Shown: positions 28,479 to 38,020 of the stretch, one piece after another
How positions within the stretch are numbered: the first letter of the stretch is position 1
Layout of the letters: each line of letters starts with the position of its first letter
Assembly (NCBI GenBank): GCA_964345035.1
Contig: CAYFPO010000002.1
Span: 16,483 to 80,482 of the forward strand
Length of the DNA stretch: 64,000 bases
DNA from: an uncultured bacterium
GTDB taxonomy: Bacteria > Fidelibacterota > Marinisomatia > SCGC-AAA003-L08 > GCA-002704045
Direction of reading: 5' to 3'
Notes under the pieces: model-generated
The model's database searches: none
Seen by the model: only the letters and a program-made list of their open reading frames with translations
What the model was told of the DNA's origin: nothing
Made by a program: the position numbers and the translations under genes

Positions 28479-29867
28479 ATGTGTTATATTAAAAAATATT
28501 TTCCAATTATTGTATTCCTATCCCTAATTATTTCTCTAAATATTCATTTATATACATTTCAGATGGTTTTATCTATACTGAGTGTTTTTTATTTAATTGC
28601 TATCCACATGAGATTTGGATTAAAAGAGACTTTACTGAAATTATTTTTATTGAAACCAATAATTGATTTAACATGGAATGTATCTATTAATTTAGGAATA
28701 ATACATATATCATCTCTAAAATTTATAGCGGTTGTTATTTTTATATTCCTTATCAAAGAAGTAATAATTAGTGATAAAATAAAGAATGTTAAAAAAATTA
28801 ACACATCTTTTCTAAGTTTGTTTTCTGTATACCTGATATTTTCAACAATAATCAAATTATCATATACTTCAGATTTGGTTTGGCACTTTAATAATTTTAT
28901 TTATTTAATTAGAATTTTAGATGGTTTATTGATTTTCTATACATTTACCTATTTATATACAACTAAACAGGAAATAATAAAAGTAGTTGCGTATGGGTGG
29001 TTGGGTAACTTATTGGTGATGCTGACAAATTTATTTAATTATTTTTATGGTAATTTTACAGTTGATTATTCACAGGGTGTTGAGAGATTTAATTCAATTT
29101 ATAATGATCCAGGTGGGCCTGCTTTTGTAGCTCTTTGTGGATTAATTTTTTCCATTGTTTATAAATGTTTGTTGAAAAGAAAATTTGATAATACATTGAA
29201 TTTAATTTATTTATTAACTCATTTTCTTACTATTTTTACTTTGTATTTAACCTTAACAAGAGGTGTAATGGTATCTATTATTGTATTTTATACTCTATGG
29301 TATGGCTTTTATCAAAGAAGAAAATTATTAGTAATTCCAATAATTATTACATTTTGTTATTGGGCATATAATAATAATGAAGGAATAAATAAAAGATTTG
29401 AAACTGAAGTGAGATATTTAACATCTGAAGATAAAACATTCGATATGGCACAACATTTAGGAGGAGGTAGAGTTGCGTCATGGTATAGATATTATGATTA
29501 TTTTAATTCTCAATTTGATTTACCAGAAAAAATATTTGGTAAACGATCATTTGGTGTCCATAACGAATATTTAGCGTTTTTATTCAAATATGGAATAATT
29601 GGATTGTTCTTTTATGGCTCATTAATTGTAATGTTTTTTAAATTAATATTTTACCAAAAAAGAATTAGTAATTTTATAAATCAGATACAGAATGACATAC
29701 TTAACATATCCTTGATAATTCTGATAATTTGGTCGGTGTCAGCTATTACTGGGTCATTTTTACACTATACAACAACCTTGTGGTATTTAATGTCAATTAT
29801 AGGGATCTCCTGTTCTAATGTTTTTTCAAATTTAAATAACGATAGAAAATTGAAAGTAAATATTTGA
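28479..29867 (+). CDS. wzy: Wzy-type O-antigen/capsule repeat-unit polymerase (O-antigen ligase-like domain)
   Basis: 462-aa polytopic membrane protein with a large loop (RFETEVRYLTSEDK...GGGRVASW). It co-occurs with wzx and wzc. Confidence 0.65.
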   Translation: MCYIKKYFPIIVFLSLIISLNIHLYTFQMVLSILSVFYLIAIHMRFGLKETLLKLFLLKPIIDLTWNVSINLGIIHISSLKFIAVVIFIFLIKEVIISDKIKNVKKINTSFLSLFSVYLIFSTIIKLSYTSDLVWHFNNFIYLIRILDGLLIFYTFTYLYTTKQEIIKVVAYGWLGNLLVMLTNLFNYFYGNFTVDYSQGVERFNSIYNDPGGPAFVALCGLIFSIVYKCLLKRKFDNTLNLIYLLTHFLTIFTLYLTLTRGVMVSIIVFYTLWYGFYQRRKLLVIPIIITFCYWAYNNNEGINKRFETEVRYLTSEDKTFDMAQHLGGGRVASWYRYYDYFNSQFDLPEKIFGKRSFGVHNEYLAFLFKYGIIGLFFYGSLIVMFFKLIFYQKRISNFINQIQNDILNISLIILIIWSVSAITGSFLHYTTTLWYLMSIIGISCSNVFSNLNNDRKLKVNI

Positions 29868-30553
29868 ATATACAAAAAGAATATTGGGAGAATTTTATAA
29901 TTGATTGGGATAAAAGCGTATATAAATCTCAATCAAAAGGATTGCCTTTAAGAGAAAAAATTGCTACATACTTCAGAAAGATATTAATTCATCGAATGAA
30001 TTTTGCAATTAATTGTTTAAAACCATTTATCCAGAATATGAATATTATAGAATTCGGATGTGGGACGGGGAGATTTTCTTTAGAGTTAGTTAATTTGGGG
30101 GCTGATCAAGTTGAGGGGATCGATATCTCCCAACAAGCTATTGATAAAGCCAATCAAATTTTTAAAAATAAAGGGATTCCACTAGAAAAATATAATTTTA
30201 TTGTATCTGATCTATGTGACTATGAAGCAAAAAATGACAATGATACGATTATCGTAGGTTTAGGAGTGTTACAATATTTAAATGATGATGAGATATTTAA
30301 ATTACTTAAAGATAAAGAAAACTCCAGATTATTCTTTGAATTCCATGAGAAAAAATGGTCAATCCTAGAGTTTATTCATTCAATATATCGAAGATTAAAT
30401 AAAAATTTACCATTTTATAGAACATTATCTAGATCCCATTTGAAAGGACTTTTAGAAGATTGTGGATTTAATGATGTTCTATATTGCAACGAAAGAGGAG
30501 TATCATTTTTCACTACCATTGAAGAATATAATTCATCTTGGGAAAGATTGTAA
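29864..30553 (+). CDS. Class I SAM-dependent methyltransferase
   Basis: IIEFGCGTGRFSLEL is SAM-binding motif I, followed by IDIS and IVGLGVLQYL. TTG start overlaps the wzy stop. Confidence 0.8.
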   Translation: MNIQKEYWENFIIDWDKSVYKSQSKGLPLREKIATYFRKILIHRMNFAINCLKPFIQNMNIIEFGCGTGRFSLELVNLGADQVEGIDISQQAIDKANQIFKNKGIPLEKYNFIVSDLCDYEAKNDNDTIIVGLGVLQYLNDDEIFKLLKDKENSRLFFEFHEKKWSILEFIHSIYRRLNKNLPFYRTLSRSHLKGLLEDCGFNDVLYCNERGVSFFTTIEEYNSSWERL

Positions 30554-31396
30554 TTGGTCACTCTTAATATAAATGCAGATGATTTTGGATTAACCAAAAA
30601 TATTAATAAAGGAATAATATCATTATTAGAAAATGATTGTATATCTTTTACTTCAGCTATTGTATGTGGTAAATATTTTGAAGATGGTATTTCTAATTTA
30701 AAACCAGAACTATATGATCGAATCGGACTTCATTTATGTTTAAATGACGAAAATCCAATTTCTCCTATTGACAAGATAACATCACTAGTCGATCAAAATA
30801 CTGGAAAGTTTTTTGATCGATGGGAATTTGTTAAAAAATTATTTAAGAACCAAATTCAAAAAAATGAGTTAAGAACTGAAATTTCTGCCCAATTCAGACA
30901 TTTCCAAAAAAATGGAATAAGAATTAATCATATTGATGGACATGGACATATTCATGTGATTCCTCAAATTGCACAGATTGTATCTGAAATTGCTAAAGAA
31001 TACAAAGTAAAATATATAAGAAACCCAAAAGAAATGGATTTATTAAAATCAATATTTTCTCTTAGACAAAGAAAGATTATACCAATTGGTGTTTCTGCAT
31101 TTTCTCAATTATCATTTAATCGATATTATCATTCGTATCATTCTTCAAACTACTTTTTTGGTTTGATTTATAGTGGAAAATTAAACTTAAAAATTCTTAA
31201 ATCTTTCATCAAGAAAATTTCTTATTTGAACGATTGTTCGATTGAACTAATGTGTCATCCTGGCTTAAAAAATATAGGTAATAGTTATGAATGGGGATAT
31301 AGCTGGGAAAAAGAATATAAATCTTTGATTATGATTTATGATATTATTAAAGATGCTTCTAATATGAAAATAATTAATAACTTAAAAGAGTTATAG
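30554..31396 (+). CDS. YdjC/ChbG-family carbohydrate deacetylase (NaxD-like)
   Basis: LNINADDFGLTKNINKGI and HIDGHGHIHV are characteristic YdjC-family metal-site motifs. TTG start. Confidence 0.8.
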   Translation: MVTLNINADDFGLTKNINKGIISLLENDCISFTSAIVCGKYFEDGISNLKPELYDRIGLHLCLNDENPISPIDKITSLVDQNTGKFFDRWEFVKKLFKNQIQKNELRTEISAQFRHFQKNGIRINHIDGHGHIHVIPQIAQIVSEIAKEYKVKYIRNPKEMDLLKSIFSLRQRKIIPIGVSAFSQLSFNRYYHSYHSSNYFFGLIYSGKLNLKILKSFIKKISYLNDCSIELMCHPGLKNIGNSYEWGYSWEKEYKSLIMIYDIIKDASNMKIINNLKEL

Positions 31397-31401
31397 TTTT
31401 A

Positions 31402-32331
31402 ATGGAATTAAGTATAATTGTCCCATTGTTTAACGAAGAAGATGTATTGATTTTATTTTACAATTCATTAATGGAAAGTATGAACAAAATTGATGTTTCT
31501 TATGAAATTATTTTTATTGATGATGGTAGCAGCGATAAAACAAATCAGATTCTACAAAACCTTTCTAATAAAAATTTAAATATAAAATTTATTTCATTCA
31601 CTCGAAACTTTGGACATCAAAATGCAATATGGGCAGGGCTTGAATATTCGAGTGGAAATGCAGTGATAATGATGGATGGTGATTTACAGCATCCACCAGA
31701 ATTAATACATCAATTATATGAACATTGGGATAGTGGATATAGAATAGTCCAAACAGTGAGAAATGATGTAAATACGCCAAAGTTTAAAAAATTTTCATCG
31801 ATTATATTCTATAAGTTCCTAAATATGATCTCAGAATTACCGATTGATAATTCAACGGCAGACTTCAGGCTAATTGATAGAAAAGTTGTTTCGTGCCTTT
31901 TACAATTTAAAGAAAGTGATTTGTTTATTAGAGGTCTTATACCCTGGTTAGGTTTTAAAACAAAATTTATACATTTTAATGTTAAAGAAAGACTTGCAGG
32001 ACAGTCCAAATATACTTTGGTAAAAATGTTAAAATTTGCAATGACAGGTATAACATCATTTTCTACGTTTCCCTTAAAGATTGCTTCATATAGTGGGATT
32101 CTGATTGCGAGTTTGAGTTTTTTAGTTGGGCTTTATTCAATCTATACCAAATTAGTCTTTAATGAAACGGTACAGGGATGGACCTCTTTAATGGTAGGTG
32201 TATTTTTCATAGGAGGGATCATATTAGTCTCTTTAGGAATACTTGGTGAGTATATTGGTAAATTATTTCTAGAAGTTAAAAAAAGACCAAAATATTTAAT
32301 CAATCATACATCTATTGAAAGTGAAAAATAA
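31402..32331 (+). CDS. Polyprenyl-phosphate glycosyltransferase, GT2 (ArnC/GtrB/FlmF2-like)
   Basis: LSIIVPLFNEED, IFIDDGSSD and MDGDLQHPP, plus two C-terminal TM helices. This is the ArnC/GtrB architecture. Confidence 0.85.
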   Translation: MELSIIVPLFNEEDVLILFYNSLMESMNKIDVSYEIIFIDDGSSDKTNQILQNLSNKNLNIKFISFTRNFGHQNAIWAGLEYSSGNAVIMMDGDLQHPPELIHQLYEHWDSGYRIVQTVRNDVNTPKFKKFSSIIFYKFLNMISELPIDNSTADFRLIDRKVVSCLLQFKESDLFIRGLIPWLGFKTKFIHFNVKERLAGQSKYTLVKMLKFAMTGITSFSTFPLKIASYSGILIASLSFLVGLYSIYTKLVFNETVQGWTSLMVGVFFIGGIILVSLGILGEYIGKLFLEVKKRPKYLINHTSIESEK

Positions 32332-33583
32332 AAATTTCATCATTTTCATTATAGCTTTTTTAATAAGAGTTATAGCAGCAATAGTTTTTATTATCCTTAA
32401 TCCTGAATGGCCAACAGGGAGTTCGTCAATTTATCGGTTAGGACTTGCAGAAAGTATTGCTCAAGGTAATGGTTTTTCCTTCAATTCGATTCCTAATATT
32501 TATCAAACACCTATATATCCTTTTTTTATTTCTGTTTTAATTAATTTCTTTGGGAATACTTGGTGGATTATTGCTGTTGGACAGTCGATTTTAGAAGGTA
32601 TAACGAGTGTTTGGATAAGTAAAATTGGTGCTAATGTTGCTAAAAGTGGCTGGTACTCCGGATTTATATATGCATTGTTTCCATTTTCTATTTTGCAATC
32701 TAGATCTATAGTTGATACTACTTTATTTACCTTTTTATTTATAGGATCTGCTTATTATCTAATTTGTTTTTACAAACATTCAGATTTAAAATACTTAATA
32801 ATTGGATCTATACTAGTTAGTATTGGTTTTTTAAACAGACCTTCAATATTACCTATTTTAGTTAGTTTTTTACTGATCTATTTTATAAATAGGGAAATTA
32901 CAGTAAAAAATAAAATGAAGATATTGATGATCTCTACAATTTTATTTATTTCATTTCCTGGAATTTGGTCTTATAGAAATTATAAATTAATTAATGAGTT
33001 TCCTGTGATATCAGTCGCAGGAGATCACTTTCTATGGTTTAGTCATAATAATCATACTCAAAAAATTATGTTGAGAAAAGAATCCCCCGATTTGATTGGG
33101 GTTGATGAGAGATATCAAATGAATCCAAACATTAAAGTTTCATCATTTTTTAAAATTTCACCTATTGAACAATTTGAATTAGGTGAATTATGTAAACAAC
33201 AATATTTAACATGGATCAGTTTAAACAAGATACAATTCATTAAAAATATAATAAATAAATTGATCTCATTTGTCAGCTGGAATTATACACTGCAAAGTGT
33301 AGATAATAAATTCCAAAAGTTAAGAATAATGGTATATAAAATTTGGAGTATCCCAATTACTATTTTGGGATGGATTGGAATCAGCTTATTATTGTATAGA
33401 AGATCAACTTTTGGAAAATATATTTTCCTTATTGTTTCTGGATTTATTTTGATACATTCTATCTCTCAATTTGGAAGTAGACATAAAGTACCTATGGATG
33501 CGTTATTTATTTCGTTGATACCATTTACACTGGAGTGGATATATTCTAAATTAAATTTAATTAAAGAACGATTTGCTTCCTAA
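32315..33583 (+). CDS. GT-C fold membrane glycosyltransferase (ArnT/PMT family)
   Basis: 422-aa polytopic protein. The first loop YRLGLAESIAQGNGFSF is typical of ArnT/GT39/GT83-like enzymes. It lies directly downstream of the ArnC-like gene. Confidence 0.7.
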   Translation: MKVKNKNFIIFIIAFLIRVIAAIVFIILNPEWPTGSSSIYRLGLAESIAQGNGFSFNSIPNIYQTPIYPFFISVLINFFGNTWWIIAVGQSILEGITSVWISKIGANVAKSGWYSGFIYALFPFSILQSRSIVDTTLFTFLFIGSAYYLICFYKHSDLKYLIIGSILVSIGFLNRPSILPILVSFLLIYFINREITVKNKMKILMISTILFISFPGIWSYRNYKLINEFPVISVAGDHFLWFSHNNHTQKIMLRKESPDLIGVDERYQMNPNIKVSSFFKISPIEQFELGELCKQQYLTWISLNKIQFIKNIINKLISFVSWNYTLQSVDNKFQKLRIMVYKIWSIPITILGWIGISLLLYRRSTFGKYIFLIVSGFILIHSISQFGSRHKVPMDALFISLIPFTLEWIYSKLNLIKERFAS

Positions 33584-34673
33584 AATCATTTTCCTAGGAC
33601 CTCTCCCACCACCCTATATGGGACCATCAGTTGCCACAAAGATTATTATAGAATCAAAATTGAAAAGTAACTTTCAATTGATCCATCTTGATACTTCTGA
33701 CCACAGAAGTCTAAAAACATTAAATGTGATTGATATTCAGAATATTTATTTAGCAGTTAAACATTATATTCTACTCATTCTGTATATTATCAAGTATAAT
33801 CCAAAAATTGTCTATATTCCAATTAGCCAGACAACAATTGGCTATTTAAGAGATTCAATATTTATTTTAATATCAAAACTTTTTAATAGAAAAGTAGTGT
33901 GCCATTTAAGAGGAGGAAATTTTAGAAATTGGCTATCGAAATCGAATTGGTTCATAAATAAATTCGTTAAGGCGGTACATTCATTGGTTGATGGCCAAAT
34001 AGTCCTTGGTGATTGCTTGATAAAACTTTTTTCGGATATAATAGAGACAGACAAGATTTATGTTATCCCTAATGGTAGAGATTTTATAAATATTTTTAAT
34101 GATTATAGGATTCATAATAAGAAAATAGTTAATTTATTATTTTTATCAAATTTCATACCGTCCAAAGGAATTTTAGATGTAATTTATTCATTACAGTATA
34201 TAAAGGAATTAAATGTTGAATTTAACTGTACACTGGCTGGTAGTTGGAGAGATAATGAGACTAAAAAAATAGTTGAAAATTTCATTCAACAAAACAAACA
34301 ATTTCGGATATCAGTAATAGATTCACCAATAGGTGGGGAAAAATATACAATTTTAACAAATGCAGATATTTTTTTAATGCCAACATATTATGAATCTGAA
34401 GGTCATCCCTGGGTTATTGTGGAAGCTATGGCAGCAGGATTACCAATAATTTCAACCGATCAAGGTGCAATAACTGAATCTGTTATTGATGGAATAAATG
34501 GATTTATTGTTGAGAAAAGGAATCCCAAACAAATTGCTGAGAAAATTGAATTATTAATGAACAATAAACAATTAAGAATCTCAATGGGAAATGAGAGTAG
34601 AAAAATTTATGTTAAAAATTTTACTGAAGAAAAATTAGTAGAAAATTTTACTAATTGTTTTAATTCAATTTAA
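33573..34673 (+). CDS. Glycosyltransferase family 4 (GT-B)
   Basis: PTYYESEGHPWVIVEAMAAGLPIISTDQGAITE is a GT4 motif. TTG start. Confidence 0.82.
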   Translation: MLPKIIFLGPLPPPYMGPSVATKIIIESKLKSNFQLIHLDTSDHRSLKTLNVIDIQNIYLAVKHYILLILYIIKYNPKIVYIPISQTTIGYLRDSIFILISKLFNRKVVCHLRGGNFRNWLSKSNWFINKFVKAVHSLVDGQIVLGDCLIKLFSDIIETDKIYVIPNGRDFINIFNDYRIHNKKIVNLLFLSNFIPSKGILDVIYSLQYIKELNVEFNCTLAGSWRDNETKKIVENFIQQNKQFRISVIDSPIGGEKYTILTNADIFLMPTYYESEGHPWVIVEAMAAGLPIISTDQGAITESVIDGINGFIVEKRNPKQIAEKIELLMNNKQLRISMGNESRKIYVKNFTEEKLVENFTNCFNSI

Positions 34674-34682
34674 ATAAAATTA

Positions 34683-36851
34683 ATGAAGCAACTCCTTCAA
34701 AACACAAAATCCGGTACAATTGAAATTCAGGAATTACCACCTCCACGATGCCATCCTGGAGGCATACTTGTAAAAAGTTATTATAGTGTTATCAGTGCAG
34801 GTACTGAAAGTCAATCGGTGTCAACAGCAAAGGCATCACTGGTTGGAAAAGCGAATTCCCGTCCGGATCTGGTGCAGAAAGTTGTACAATCAGTTCAATC
34901 AAATGGACTTAAAAATACTTACGATATGGTGAAGAACAGGCTGAATTCCCAAATGGAATTGGGATATTCGTGTTCCGGGCAAGTCGTTGAAGTAGGGAGT
35001 GACGTTTCTGAATTCCAACTACATGATTCTGTAGCATGTGCTGGCGGTGGATTTGCTTCTCATTCAGAATTCAACTATATTCCAAACAATCTTGCAATCA
35101 AAATTCCGGAGAATGTAAGCTATAAAAATTCGGCATATACAACACTTGGATCCATTGCTTTGCAGGGGATTCGCCAATCCGGTGCTACTGTAGGAGATAC
35201 TGTTGCTGTTATTGGTTTGGGATTAATCGGAATGTTAACGGTGCAAATTCTGAAAGCAGGGGGCTGCCGGGTTATAGGATTAGATATTGCAGAATTTCCA
35301 ATTGAAAAAGCAACAGGAGATGATATTTGGTCACTGGATATGGGATTAAATTCAAATGATCCAACAAACATTGATGCTGTAAAATCTTTCACCAATGGAT
35401 ATGGCGTAGATCAGGTGATAATTACAGCAGGTTCAAAATCCAATGATCCCATAATTATTAGTGGAGAAATCCTTCGTGACAGAGGTACCTTGGTGGTAGT
35501 AGGCGCAGTACCTGTGGATGTCCCCCGGTCTCCATTTTATGAAAAGGAGATTGAGATAAAATTTTCAAGATCCTATGGACCAGGGAGGTATGACAGGACG
35601 TATGAAGAAAAGGGCATTGATTACCCCATCGGATATGTCCGTTGGACTGAGAGACGAAATATGGATGCATTCCTCCGGTTAATTTCTGATGGCAGAATTA
35701 ATCCGTCTGCAATTACCACTCATATATTTTCCCTGCAGGATGCTCCCAAAGCCTATGATATGATATTAAAACACAGTGAGCCCTATCTGGGAATTTTGAT
35801 CAAATATGATAACACTGATAATTCAATGAAAACCACTTTTCAAAATACAGTCAGTATTTCTCCAACAGATAGACCGATCAGTATTGGATTTATTGGTTTG
35901 GGCAAATTTGCTCAATCTTTCTTATTATCTCATCTGAAAAATAAAACATCAGTAATACTACATACAGTTTCCAATAGCACAGGTACCAGTTCAAATACAA
36001 TGATGCAGAGATTTGGATTTACCCAATGCACCACTGATTCTGACACAATTTTCAACAGTGAAGAAATTAATACGGTATTTATCACTTCCAGACATGATAC
36101 ACACGCAGAATATTTAATAAAGGCAATTCAACATAATAAGCATGTTTTTATTGAAAAACCGATTGTAATTAATAGAGATGAACTTAAAGACATTAAATCT
36201 TCAATCCTCAATCTTCAATCTTCAATTCTAATGGTTGGATATAACAGACGGTTTGCTCCGGTGACAACAAAATTAGTTGAAAAATTAAAATCACATAATA
36301 GGTCAATTTCTATTAATTACCGAATTAATGCCGGCAAAATTCCAATAGATCACTGGATTCAGGATAAGGAATCCGGTGGTGGGCGCATTGTTGGCGAAGT
36401 ATGTCATTTTGTAGATTATGCTATTTATTTAACAGGATCAGAAGTAATCAATGTGTTTGCATCCTCGATTTCAAATTCTGATGTGAGTATTCCCAATGAA
36501 GATTCCGTGCATATTCAATTAATGTTTAAAAATGGATCAATAGCAACCATCCAGTATTTATGTGATGGTTCCAGAAAAGTAGAAAAAGAATGGATTGAAG
36601 TGACCGGTGATGGGAAAATGTATCAGGTGAATGATTTCAAAAAAGGTATACAATATTCCGGATCTAAAAAAGAAACATTTTACACAGGGAAACAGAATAA
36701 GGGATATAAAAATGAAATTGATTCCTTTATCAATGCAATTCTTTCCACACATGAGCATCCCATCAATATTAATGAAATAATACATGGCATGGATGTATCA
36801 TTTGCAATTCTTGAATCTCTCAGAAAGCAAAAAGTAATCCAAATTAATTAA
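34683..36851 (+). CDS. Bi-domain oxidoreductase: N-terminal zinc-type alcohol dehydrogenase (MDR) + C-terminal Gfo/Idh/MocA domain
   Basis: The N-terminal half has GYSCSGQVVEVGSDV and the Rossmann motif VAVIGLGLIGMLTVQ. The C-terminal half has ISIGFIGLGKFAQ and FIEKPIV, typical of Gfo/Idh/MocA. Confidence 0.8.
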   Translation: MKQLLQNTKSGTIEIQELPPPRCHPGGILVKSYYSVISAGTESQSVSTAKASLVGKANSRPDLVQKVVQSVQSNGLKNTYDMVKNRLNSQMELGYSCSGQVVEVGSDVSEFQLHDSVACAGGGFASHSEFNYIPNNLAIKIPENVSYKNSAYTTLGSIALQGIRQSGATVGDTVAVIGLGLIGMLTVQILKAGGCRVIGLDIAEFPIEKATGDDIWSLDMGLNSNDPTNIDAVKSFTNGYGVDQVIITAGSKSNDPIIISGEILRDRGTLVVVGAVPVDVPRSPFYEKEIEIKFSRSYGPGRYDRTYEEKGIDYPIGYVRWTERRNMDAFLRLISDGRINPSAITTHIFSLQDAPKAYDMILKHSEPYLGILIKYDNTDNSMKTTFQNTVSISPTDRPISIGFIGLGKFAQSFLLSHLKNKTSVILHTVSNSTGTSSNTMMQRFGFTQCTTDSDTIFNSEEINTVFITSRHDTHAEYLIKAIQHNKHVFIEKPIVINRDELKDIKSSILNLQSSILMVGYNRRFAPVTTKLVEKLKSHNRSISINYRINAGKIPIDHWIQDKESGGGRIVGEVCHFVDYAIYLTGSEVINVFASSISNSDVSIPNEDSVHIQLMFKNGSIATIQYLCDGSRKVEKEWIEVTGDGKMYQVNDFKKGIQYSGSKKETFYTGKQNKGYKNEIDSFINAILSTHEHPININEIIHGMDVSFAILESLRKQKVIQIN

Positions 36852-36871
36852 CTTAATATTTTTCCCATCAA

Positions 36872-38020
36872 TTGAATCCCTCCAATTCCATAACCGATAT
36901 TGTTCTATGCCTTGAAAATTGGGTATCTAAAAACAATTACTCGGGATACGATCCCTATGACGGATTACGGTCTCAAATATTACAATGGCTGCCATTACCC
37001 GGAAAATATTCAAAAATAGCATGGATTCAATTTTTTAAATTATGCCCGGTTAATCTGAGACCCTTATTTTTTATTTCTAAAGGGAGAAACCCAAAAGGGA
37101 TGGGTTTATTTTTATCGTCATACGTAAAATTGTTTAAAGCAACTGAGGAAGATGTCTGGAAACAAAAAGCTATTGAAGTAGCAGAATGGTTAAAAGAGAA
37201 TTCATCAATTGATTTCAGTAACTATTGCTGGGGTTATAATTTTGATTGGCAGAGCCGTTCATTCTTTATTCCAAAGGGTACACCTACTGTTGTAAACACA
37301 TCTTTCATTGGACATGCTTATTTGGATTTATTCGAAATTACCCAAGAAAAGAAATGGCTGGATATAGCCGGGTCATCCTGTGATTTTATAATTGAAGATT
37401 TGAACCGGTATGAAACTGAAAAACATTTATGTTTTTCTTATACACCCATAGACCAAACCAGAGTTCATAATGCCAGTATTTTGGGTGCAGGATTACTCGC
37501 GCGATATTCTAATTTAATTCAGGAAAATAATTTTGATTTGGAAATTCAAAAGGCATCCAAATACCTTTTGGACCATCAATTAGAGTCCGGTGCATGGGTA
37601 TATGCTGAAACAGAATATCAGAAATGGATTGATTCATTCCACACAGGTTTTAACCTGATGTCTCTTAGATATATTCAAAGATTATTTCCGGAAGATGACA
37701 GTATAACCGGATCCATTCAAAAAGGGGAACTATTTTATGAATCCAAATTTTTCTTGAAAGACGGAACTCCAAAATACTATCATAATAAGATCTACCCAAT
37801 TGATATCCATTCCGCTGCAATGGGAATAAAATATTTCTCACAATATAATCTACAGCTTGCTGCCAACATTACCAATTGGATGATAAATAATATGTTGGAT
37901 ACAGATGGATATTTTTACTTTAGAAAAGGGAAATATTTTATCAATAAAATTCCTTATGTACGTTGGTCTCAGGCATGGGCATTCTATGGTTTTACGGAGT
38001 TACTGATTTGCAGGAACTAA
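36872..38020 (+). CDS. Conserved hypothetical protein, helical (possibly alpha/alpha-barrel) fold
   Basis: 382 aa, Trp/Tyr-rich (WGYNFDWQSRSF, ESGAWVY, DSFHTGFN). No assignable motif. TTG start. Confidence 0.4.
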   Translation: MNPSNSITDIVLCLENWVSKNNYSGYDPYDGLRSQILQWLPLPGKYSKIAWIQFFKLCPVNLRPLFFISKGRNPKGMGLFLSSYVKLFKATEEDVWKQKAIEVAEWLKENSSIDFSNYCWGYNFDWQSRSFFIPKGTPTVVNTSFIGHAYLDLFEITQEKKWLDIAGSSCDFIIEDLNRYETEKHLCFSYTPIDQTRVHNASILGAGLLARYSNLIQENNFDLEIQKASKYLLDHQLESGAWVYAETEYQKWIDSFHTGFNLMSLRYIQRLFPEDDSITGSIQKGELFYESKFFLKDGTPKYYHNKIYPIDIHSAAMGIKYFSQYNLQLAANITNWMINNMLDTDGYFYFRKGKYFINKIPYVRWSQAWAFYGFTELLICRN

